DNA of 64,000 nucleotides from Verrucomicrobiota bacterium (GTDB taxonomy: Bacteria > Verrucomicrobiota > Verrucomicrobiia > Limisphaerales > CANJSG01): positions 701-64,700 of the forward strand of contig JBBRDN010000002.1 in assembly GCA_038203875.1 (NCBI GenBank), given 5' to 3'. The notes under the pieces are model-generated. The model searched no databases. It worked only from the letters and a program-made list of their open reading frames with translations, and had not been told where the DNA came from. The position numbers were made by a program, and so were the translations under genes. Shown one piece after another: positions 29,827-37,086 of the stretch (its first letter is position 1; the number at the start of each line of letters is the position of its first letter).

Positions 29827-29913
29827 TCAGCGTCCGCGTCTGCTGTAGAAGAAGCCGCCGCCGCCCAACAAGAGCACAAGCACCACGACGATAAGGAGTG
29901 TTTCGGTAGACAT
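29827..29913 (-). CDS. candidate 28-aa single-TM small protein
   Basis: Hand-translated: MSTETLLIVVVLVLLLGGGGFFYSRRGR-stop. It is too short for the supplied ORF track. It has a hydrophobic core, a Gly run and a basic tail. Confidence 0.3.
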   Translation of the reverse strand: MSTETLLIVVVLVLLLGGGGFFYSRRGR

Positions 29914-30081
29914 AGGTGCGGACCATCGGCCGGGCCACGCCTTCGCGAAATGGGGTGTTCACCCCAAGAACCGCTTCGGACAAGGAAGGCATCACCAAAT
30001 CACGGAGGAATGGTCCCAGCCGGCGTCACGGTGGCTGCGCCTGTGCGGCTCGGTGGCGAGAGGACGACGGCGTCGGGCGTC

Positions 30082-30239
30082 GGAGGGTAGGGCAACACCT
30101 CCCGGTGAGCCGCCCGTGGCGCGAACGGATGGTAAACAAGCACACTGGCGACTCCGGAACGCCTCGGAGTTGACGGTGGGCCGTGCTTGTTGTGAGGAGA
30201 TCGCCGGGCGGCTCGCCGGGAGCCTTCGCCCTACCCGCC
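30082..30239. repeat. 158-nt extended imperfect hairpin (inverted GTAGGGC-containing arms)
   Basis: Pairings: ggagggtagggc/gccctacccgcc (11/12), ctcccgg/ccgggag (7/7), tgagccgcccg/cgggcggctcg (10/11 plus G-U), aacaagcac 30135-30143 / gtgcttgtt 30183-30191 (9/9), and apical ctccg-N8-cggag 30152-30169. Confidence 0.6.
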
Positions 30240-30533
30240 AACCTTCAGCGAAAAGACCGCGCCGTTTTCGGTGGTGAACGTGCCGTCGGGATGGACCGTC
30301 ACCGCGACGACGTGTTCTTCGGTCGTCGTCGCATCGTCGAAGTCGCGCTCGCCGTCGATGAACTCTTGGAGCCGCGTCATCATGAAGTCCGCGATGTCCA
30401 ACTGCGCTTCCCGCTCCGTCGCGAAGACGACGTAGAATCCGTCGTTGCTCAGGCTCGGAACCCGACCTTGGAAGATCGTGTTCATGAAGACGCAGAACCC
30501 GTGTTGAGGCTCCGTGGTCGCCTTGTCAGTCAT
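30231..30533 (-). CDS. small acidic hypothetical protein (100 aa)
   Basis: Its ATG overlaps the stop of the upstream ORF (ATGA at 30530-30533). 17 Asp/Glu versus 6 Lys/Arg by my count. I recognised no family. Confidence 0.5.
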   Translation of the reverse strand: MTDKATTEPQHGFCVFMNTIFQGRVPSLSNDGFYVVFATEREAQLDIADFMMTRLQEFIDGERDFDDATTTEEHVVAVTVHPDGTFTTENGAVFSLKVGG

Positions 30534-30769
30534 CGCTGGGCCTCCAGTTGGGCATGGAGCTTGCGGAGGATCGCACGATAGCGGACGGCGATGGCATCGG
30601 CCTCAGTTGCGTCGCTGCACTCTTCGATGAGGAAAAATTCCCCGTCTGGAAACTTTTCCGTGCGGAGATAGTCGGCGGTGCGTTCCCAAACGACAGCGCG
30701 TTGCTCCAAGCCATCCAACACTTGGCCGAATTCGTGGTCGTCCAGTTCGAGGCAATAGGTCGTAGCCAT
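30530..30769 (-). CDS. small acidic hypothetical protein (79 aa)
   Basis: ATG 30769. 17 Asp/Glu versus 9 Lys/Arg. Translationally coupled to 30231..30533. Confidence 0.5.
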   Translation of the reverse strand: MATTYCLELDDHEFGQVLDGLEQRAVVWERTADYLRTEKFPDGEFFLIEECSDATEADAIAVRYRAILRKLHAQLEAQR

Positions 30770-30899
30770 GATCTGGCATGACTACCTGGCCAGGAACGGC
30801 ACCTACTGCAAGCAGGGATTGGCCAACTCCTTTCGCTCTCATTTTTCGGAAGGCTTGCCGTAGCTGACGAAGTGAGGCCAAGTCTCGCCGGACAAACTC

Positions 30900-31756
30900 A
30901 TGGCGGAAGATTGGTCACGTGAAGAAGTTGAAGCCGCAGTTGCGGACTATTTCGCCATGCTTGGATTGGAGCTTACCGGTCAGCCTTTCAACAAAGCAGA
31001 GCACAACCGCCAGCTTCAGCGGCTTCTTAACAAACGACCGAAGGGTTCAAGGGTTCAATTGAGAGAAAGCACCAAAACATCAGCGCGATCTTGATCGAGT
31101 TGGGCTACCCCTACATCGACGGTTACAAACCGCTCAGCAACTATCAGCAACTCCTTCGTTCCGTCGTTGAGGACAAGTTGTCGTCCGCAGAATCTCTGAA
31201 TCGATCTATCGCCGCGGTTGTCGAGTCGACGGTAAATTCTATCTCGACACTCAGAGACATCCTCCCAGTTCAAGTGGCGGCTCCCAGCCGGGATCGGGCC
31301 GAGCCGAAGCTCTATGATCGAGTAAGCCTTTCGCCAGCCATAGTCAGGAAGAACTACCTTGAAATCGAAGCGAGAAATCAATCACTTGGTCTTGCTGGCG
31401 AAGAGATGGTTTTAAGGTTCGAACACGAACGTCTGTGGCGGTCAGGACAGAGAGCCCTGGCAGATCAGATTGAGCATGTGTCTCGAACGAAGGGAGACCA
31501 CCTCGGGTTCGACATTCATTCCTTTGAAACTGACGGACGAGACCGGCTTATAGAGGTCAAAACCACTCGCTTTGGCGCATTGACGCCATTTTTCACTTCA
31601 CGAAATGAGGTTCAAGTGTCGAAGACTCGGGAACGCGAGTATCAACTTTACCGGCTGTTTAAGTTCTGCGAGCAGCCAAAGCTATTCGTGTTGGGTGGAT
31701 CGCTTCGCGAAACCTGCGAGCTAGAGCCCATCAGTTTTTCCACGCTTCCGAAATAA
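30900..31756 (+). pseudogene. DUF3883 (restriction-endonuclease-like) protein gene disrupted by an 8-bp tandem duplication
   Basis: ORFs 30900..31094 and 31091..31756 are offset by +2. Deleting one copy of AGGGTTCA (31042-31049 / 31050-31057) fuses them into one 282-aa ORF (...RPKGSIERKHQNISAILIELGYPYIDGYKP...). Nuclease-like core GFDIHSFETDGRDRLIEVKTT...FFTSRNEV...YQLYRLF. GC is about 50%. Confidence 0.7.
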
Positions 31757-32401
31757 GCCTTCGTTCTTATCTGACCAGAGAGCCTTTGCGAGGGTGTCGT
31801 GGATGATGGTGAAGGCCCGGCTATTGTCGTGGCGGCGGCGGTTCTTCACGTTTTCCAGCACGAAGGCGGCGGGGTTGTGGTAGTCGAGGATTTCCGTGAC
31901 GGAGAAGAAGAGGTTGCCCTGCTTCTCGTCCTGGAAGCCATGTTTGCGGCCGAGGCTGTTCTTCTTGGAAACGCCCGCGATGCTGAAGGGTTGGCAGGGG
32001 AAACCGCCGCAGAGGATGTCGTGCGACGGGATTTCGGCCACGGCCACGCTGTGGATGTCGCCGTGGGGTTCCTCGCCGAAGTTGGCCTTGTAGGTCTGGC
32101 GGGAATACTTGTCCCAATCGCTGGAGAAGACGCATTTCCCTCCGGCCTTCTCGAAGGCGAAACGGAAGCCGCCGATGCCGCAGAAGAGGTCGATGAAACG
32201 GAAGGGAGCCACCTCTTCCGTGCCCTCTCCCCCAAGCGGAGAGGGAGAAGAAGCGGTGCGATACGGCGGGGCATCTTCCTTGAACTTGGCAGGGCGATGC
32301 TGCCGCGCCGCCCCACCTTTACGTCCGTCGCCTACGGCGACAGACGGGAGGTCAGGGCTGCGGGGCACCACAGCCCCACCGGGTTTTGACGGGCCGCTCA
32401 C
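31721..32401 (-). pseudogene. Dcm/EcoRII-family DNA (cytosine-5)-methyltransferase, 3'-truncated
   Basis: Motif I FRFIDLFCGIGG, TYKAN, motif IV GGFPCQPFSIAGVSKKNSLGRKHGF, motif VI FVLENVKN, then F.IIHDTL. The ORF then ends 22 codons later with no QxRxR motif, TRD, or motifs IX/X. The 3' end overlaps the DUF3883 gene end. Confidence 0.75.
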
Positions 32402-32625
32402 GCGTCGACCCCTTCGCAGAGCCGGGCGGTGGTCAGGCCGAGGGCCTTGGCCAGCCGGGCGACGTTCCTGATGCCGGGATTCCGCAGCCCGCGTTCAATC
32501 CCGGAGATGTAGGTGGGATCCAACCCGGCCTTCTCGGCCAGCTTTTCCTGGGTCAGCTCGCGGGCTTCGCGGCGTTGGCGGACGTTCAGCCCGAGGGCGG
32601 CGAGAACGGGGTCACGTTTCGGCAT
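32398..32625 (-). CDS. XRE-family HTH protein (R-M controller C-protein-like)
   Basis: 75 aa. LTQEKLAEKAGLDPTYISGIERGLRNP is a classic HTH_3 motif. Its stop overlaps the GTG start of the methyltransferase (GTGA). Confidence 0.8.
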   Translation of the reverse strand: MPKRDPVLAALGLNVRQRREARELTQEKLAEKAGLDPTYISGIERGLRNPGIRNVARLAKALGLTTARLCEGVDA

Positions 32626-32636
32626 GACTCATAGTC
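32626..32636. promoter_or_regulatory. C-box-like palindrome GACT-N3-AGTC
   Basis: GACTCATAGTC lies immediately upstream of the ATG (32625) of the HTH gene. Confidence 0.4.
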
Positions 32637-32703
32637 CATGCGGAAACGGGCGGGAACTCTATGGACGATCAGCCTGGACGAAGACGAAGGGGGCGCGGAA
32701 CGC

Positions 32704-33105
32704 TCAAGGAGCCCCGTGCAACGCCGGACGGTCCGGGACAGGACCCAGGGTGGTCCAATAAACCCACGCGATGAACACGATCTGGAACGGGAGCCGCGCC
32801 CAGAGAATCCACGGCGGAATCGACCCGGCGCCATGGACGGCGGCGTAGATGTTGGCGGGGAACACGGCGATGAGGAGAGCGATCAAACCCCATCCCGCCG
32901 GCTTCCGCGTGGATGGAACCAGAACACCGAGGCCACCGAGGATTTCCGCCACCCCGCTGATGTGGACGAGAGCCAGCGGCCACGGCAGGGCGGGCGGCAT
33001 GATGGCGAGATAGAATCGCGGCGCGACGAAATGATTGATTCCGGCCGCCACGAAGTCCACGCCCAGTAGCCAACGCAGGATGGTTCGTGTCCGGCGAAAT
33101 CTCAT
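32704..33105 (-). CDS. DoxX-family membrane protein
   Basis: 133 aa with four hydrophobic segments (FVAAGINHF, ISGVAEILGGLGVL, GLIALLIAVFPANI, IVFIAWVYW). Confidence 0.7.
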   Translation of the reverse strand: MRFRRTRTILRWLLGVDFVAAGINHFVAPRFYLAIMPPALPWPLALVHISGVAEILGGLGVLVPSTRKPAGWGLIALLIAVFPANIYAAVHGAGSIPPWILWARLPFQIVFIAWVYWTTLGPVPDRPALHGAP

Positions 33106-33251
33106 TTGAGCCAGTGAATGGCGATCTCCTTCTCCAGGGCCTTGAACTCCGCGTCGCCGGTGACGAGTTCGGTCTTCTTCTCTTTGGCCAACGCAGCGGC
33201 GAAGGCTTCGGCCAGGGAACAGTTGGCGGTGGCGTAAGTTGATTCGCTCAT
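33102..33251 (-). pseudogene. PIN-domain (VapC-like) C-terminal fragment, 49 codons
   Basis: Hand-translated: MSESTYATANCSLAEAFAAALAKEKKTELVTGDAEFKALEKEIAIHWLK-stop. It resembles only the last third of PIN toxins (SLAD.F..ALA....LVTGD..F). ATGA overlaps at both ends. Confidence 0.4.
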
Positions 33252-33820
33252 AGGCCGATCGGTCGGACGCGGTGGACGAGGGTGTAGTAACCGAGCTTCA
33301 GGTATTCGTTCCAGATGTAGTTGGCCGACGCATGGTATCCACGCAGGCCGGAAGTCACGGGCAGGGAAACAAATTCAAGGTCGGGAGCCGCATCGCGGAA
33401 GCACGCCTGGGCGCGTCGGGAATGATACCACGAGGTGACAAGGATGACCTTCTTGGCCCCGGCCTTGCGAAGTTCCACGACGCTGAACCGGGCGTTCTCC
33501 AACGTGTTCTTCGATTCGCACTCGCGCCGGATTGCATCCCGGGGAACACCGGCGTTGACCAACTGCCGGACGTTCTCCGCGCAATCCCCGTAGCCGGTCA
33601 CGAGGATCTGCGGAGCCGCGCCTTCACGGAACAGTTCCGCGGCGCGTTGCACGCGGATGCGAGGTTCGCCACCAAGGACCACGATGACGTCGGCTTTCGT
33701 TCTTGGACCTTCGACCTGCAGGAACCACTCGGGAAACGCGACGGCGATGATGGCGACAACAACCGCCAACCCGAAACCCCAGCCCGCGATCTTGAGCAGC
33801 CTGCGGGCCCAGCGCTTCAT
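33248..33820 (-). CDS. YdcF/DUF218 family protein
   Basis: N-terminal TM, then DVIVVLGG..., ILVTGYG, SKNTLENA and VILVTSWYHSRRA, typical of DUF218. Confidence 0.8.
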   Translation of the reverse strand: MKRWARRLLKIAGWGFGLAVVVAIIAVAFPEWFLQVEGPRTKADVIVVLGGEPRIRVQRAAELFREGAAPQILVTGYGDCAENVRQLVNAGVPRDAIRRECESKNTLENARFSVVELRKAGAKKVILVTSWYHSRRAQACFRDAAPDLEFVSLPVTSGLRGYHASANYIWNEYLKLGYYTLVHRVRPIGL

Positions 33821-33821
33821 G

Positions 33822-34385
33822 TCAGAGGATGCCGGAGCGGGGATCCTCGGCCGCTTGGACCAGTTGCGACGCGTCGACTTCGACGGGTGTCTGGCGCCCG
33901 AGGAATTCGAGGAGCACGGCGACCCGTTGCCGCGACGGCATGATTTTGGTCACGACAGCCGTAAGCCCGTCAAAGGCACCGCCGGATACTTTGACTTCGT
34001 CGCCTGGAACGAACTCGCCGGACATTTCATAGAGCTCGGCATCGCCGGCCAATGATCGCAGGCCGACCATGTCACAGTCGGGCACGACAGGCCATTGGCT
34101 GCCGAAGTGGATGATGGTGCTGACGCCCCGACTGTGCATCACGTCCGAGAGGCTCTTCATCCAGTCGAAGCGCGCGAAGAGGTAGTTCGGAAAAAGCGCC
34201 TCCGTGAACCAGACCGGCCCACGACGGGTCGCCCGCTTGAACCGGATCCGCGGGAGGAACACCTCGACGCCCATGCCCCGGAGGTGGGCGGCGGCGATGT
34301 GTTCGTGTTTGGGTTGGGAACGGACGCAGAACCAATGCACGCCTTCGTGCGGGCGTGACGGAAGGTTTTCAGACGGCTCAGGCAT
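33822..34385 (-). CDS. NusG-paralog transcription antiterminator (RfaH/UpxY-like)
   Basis: NGN domain WFCVRSQPKHEHIAAAHL...VFLPRI...LFPNYLFARF and a KOW-like GDEVKVSGGAFDGLTAVV. Confidence 0.8.
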   Translation of the reverse strand: MPEPSENLPSRPHEGVHWFCVRSQPKHEHIAAAHLRGMGVEVFLPRIRFKRATRRGPVWFTEALFPNYLFARFDWMKSLSDVMHSRGVSTIIHFGSQWPVVPDCDMVGLRSLAGDAELYEMSGEFVPGDEVKVSGGAFDGLTAVVTKIMPSRQRVAVLLEFLGRQTPVEVDASQLVQAAEDPRSGIL

Positions 34386-34440
34386 TTGACCGGGCCAACA
34401 AACGGGACCACCGGTCCATCCGTCAAACTCTTTGTCGCCC

Positions 34441-34458
34441 CGGGACAGAACTGTCCCG
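34441..34458. promoter_or_regulatory. 8-bp inverted repeat CGGGACAG-aa-CTGTCCCG in a divergent promoter region
   Basis: Perfect 8+8 inverted repeat, 56 nt upstream of the NusG-paralog ATG and 97 nt upstream of the DUF1800 ATG. Confidence 0.3.
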
Positions 34459-34554
34459 AAACATTTCCACCCGAAGACTGTCCAAAGGTGGATTCTCAGC
34501 CGGCCGATCGGGAACGGAACTTGCCACCTTCCTCTAAACTGCTACCTGAAGCTT

Positions 34555-37083
34555 ATGACCCTCCGAAGGAATCTTTTTACTGGCTGGTGCTGCCTTGCCG
34601 CCGTCTTCCTTGCCGCACCGGAGAATCCCCTAACCGCGAAAGCCGCAGCTGCGGCCGGGCCGCCAGCCGTCTCGATCACGGCGAGCAACACGCAGCGGGT
34701 CCTCAAATGGACGCCGTATCCGTCCGCGCAGAGCTACAAACTCTGGCGATCCCCGGCTCTCGGGCAGGCTTGGACCGAGGAGACCAACGGAACCCGCTCA
34801 GGCTTCCAACTGATCACCCCGGGAACCAACTCCTCGGGCTTCTACCGCGTCGAAGTCCAACCGCTCAGCTCCAACGCGCTGTTGTCGGCGTCCATCCTAA
34901 ACCGTCTTGCCTACGGGCCCACTCCGGATGAACTGGAACGAGTCGCGAGCATCGGTCCCCAGGCCTACATCGACGAGCAACTCGCTCCCGAGGCGATCAC
35001 AGAGACGTTTGATTCTGGCCTGTCGTCGACCAACGGCGGCTCAGTCTGGCTCTACGGATCGGCCATCGGCACCTACTCCGCGAACAGCCTCTACATCTAT
35101 CTCTCTTCGGCGGGCACTTCCTATTTGGACGATGTTCGCCTCGTGGCGGGCAGCGATCCCACGACCGGCGTGAACCTGATCTCCAACGGGGATTTCGAGG
35201 CCGGATTCCCCACAGCGAACTGGATCGTCGGCACCAACGCGACCGCTTCGGCGGCCACCACGGAGACCGCGAAATCCGGAACCTCCAGTTTGAAGATGGT
35301 CTTCAGCAGTGGCGGGTCGACGTTCTACAATGCCATCCAGTTCACGAACATCACCGGCCTGACCAATGGTCAGACGTGCTCCATTGGCTTCTGGTATGTC
35401 CCGGCGACAAACTCGTCCCTAACGGTCCGCCTATCGGGTTCCGGCGTGCAGGCGACGCCCGACACCGGCATCCCCGGGATCACTTTCAAACTGAACAACC
35501 GTGCCGCCGCCATCGGAGACCTCCGCGCGTGGCACATCCAGCGGGCCGTCCGTGCCAAGCGCCAGTTGCTCGAGACCCAGCTCCAGTTCTGGGAGAACCA
35601 CTTCGTCACGCAATACTCCAAGAGCCGGGACTATTTCGACCGCTTCTACGACGACGGGAATGTCATGGGCTGGCTCGCCACTGACTTGGAGCTGCGTGAA
35701 AACCAGCTCTGGCGGAACGCGCTGCTCAATCCCAATGCGACCTTCCTCGATCTCCTCCGAATCAGCGCCGAGAGCCCGGCAATGATCATCTTCCTCGACA
35801 CCGTCGACAGCCGGGGTGATGGCTCGAATGTCCCGAACGAAAACTTCGCCCGCGAAATCCTTGAGCTCTTCACCTTCGGCGTGGACAACGGCTACGACCA
35901 GAACGACATCATCCAAATGTCCCGCGTCTGGTCCGGCTGGACGGTTCGCATCAAGGATGCCGACAAGCTGAACGATCCTTTCGCCGTCCAGACCACCAAC
36001 CAGATTGTCGCCGGCATCGGATCGACCAACTCGGCGGTCTCCAACCTCTTCGGAGTCTGGGGTATGGCCTTCCGGCCGGAACGACACTTCACCAACTCGA
36101 CGACCACCTTCACCACGGCCAAGAGCCTCTTCTACAACTGGACGACCAACCCGGTCACCCGCGTCCTGACCCGTGGCACGGGCAAGACGACCCCGGCCCG
36201 CTTCGGACCGCCCTGGGCCGGTAGCGACTACTCGTGGGCGGCTCCCCTCGGCAACGGCACCAACGCGATCAACGAAGGCTATGCGGTCGTCACCCATCTG
36301 GCCAACCAGCCCTTCACCGAAGAATTCATCAGCGTGAAGCTCTGCCGCCTGTTCGTTCACGACAACTTCGCCATCGGCTACGATTTCACGGACGGAGCCA
36401 CATCTCCGGAAGAGGAGCTCGTAAAAGCCTGCATGCTCACGTGGGAAAACAGCACCCCGAAGGGCAACATCCGGACCGTCCTTTCGACGATCTTCAGCTC
36501 CGATCTGTTCCGCGGAAACGACGGATCGATGCAGAAGGTCCGGACACCCCTTGAATACGGAGTGGCCGCGATCCGCTCGCTGCGGGGCATCGACCTCAAC
36601 GGCCGTCCCACCGCCGATACCGACGGATACAACATCGCAACGATGATCGGACGCGCCGGAGCCATGAGCCTGTTCGACCGCGCGGAGCCGGACGGATTCC
36701 CGGAAGCCGGCCCGCTGTGGATCAGCGCGGGCACGCTCGCCGAACGCATCCGGTTTGCCCAGGACATGCTCCTCTCGTCGGGCAAGGAATACACGGCGAC
36801 GACCTCCGATCCCGTCGCGCTCATCAAGAAGAAGCTCCCGCTCCCGAGCCAGACCGATGCGGCCGCAGTCGTGGACTACTTCCTCGCCATTCTGTTCCCC
36901 GGCGAGGGTGCCGGAAACCTGGAGTCCTACCGCACACAGGGGATCAACTTCCTTAACACGGCTGACGATGGAACCACTGCGAGTCTGTTCTCCGCCTTGA
37001 CCACAAACAACGCCAACTACGATCCCCGAGTCCGCGGCATGGTCGCCATGCTGATGACATTCCCCCGCTTCCAGGAGCAATGA
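34555..37083 (+). CDS. DUF1800 domain-containing protein with N-terminal FYRV-ending module and a CBM-like insert
   Basis: ATG 34555 gives the signal MTLRRNLFTGWCCLAAVFLAAP. DUF1800 hallmark LQFWENHFVT. NLISNGDFEAGF...SLKMVF resembles a carbohydrate-binding jelly-roll. It is paired with the DUF1501 gene 4 nt downstream. Confidence 0.8.
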   Translation: MTLRRNLFTGWCCLAAVFLAAPENPLTAKAAAAAGPPAVSITASNTQRVLKWTPYPSAQSYKLWRSPALGQAWTEETNGTRSGFQLITPGTNSSGFYRVEVQPLSSNALLSASILNRLAYGPTPDELERVASIGPQAYIDEQLAPEAITETFDSGLSSTNGGSVWLYGSAIGTYSANSLYIYLSSAGTSYLDDVRLVAGSDPTTGVNLISNGDFEAGFPTANWIVGTNATASAATTETAKSGTSSLKMVFSSGGSTFYNAIQFTNITGLTNGQTCSIGFWYVPATNSSLTVRLSGSGVQATPDTGIPGITFKLNNRAAAIGDLRAWHIQRAVRAKRQLLETQLQFWENHFVTQYSKSRDYFDRFYDDGNVMGWLATDLELRENQLWRNALLNPNATFLDLLRISAESPAMIIFLDTVDSRGDGSNVPNENFAREILELFTFGVDNGYDQNDIIQMSRVWSGWTVRIKDADKLNDPFAVQTTNQIVAGIGSTNSAVSNLFGVWGMAFRPERHFTNSTTTFTTAKSLFYNWTTNPVTRVLTRGTGKTTPARFGPPWAGSDYSWAAPLGNGTNAINEGYAVVTHLANQPFTEEFISVKLCRLFVHDNFAIGYDFTDGATSPEEELVKACMLTWENSTPKGNIRTVLSTIFSSDLFRGNDGSMQKVRTPLEYGVAAIRSLRGIDLNGRPTADTDGYNIATMIGRAGAMSLFDRAEPDGFPEAGPLWISAGTLAERIRFAQDMLLSSGKEYTATTSDPVALIKKKLPLPSQTDAAAVVDYFLAILFPGEGAGNLESYRTQGINFLNTADDGTTASLFSALTTNNANYDPRVRGMVAMLMTFPRFQEQ

Positions 37084-37086
37084 CCC

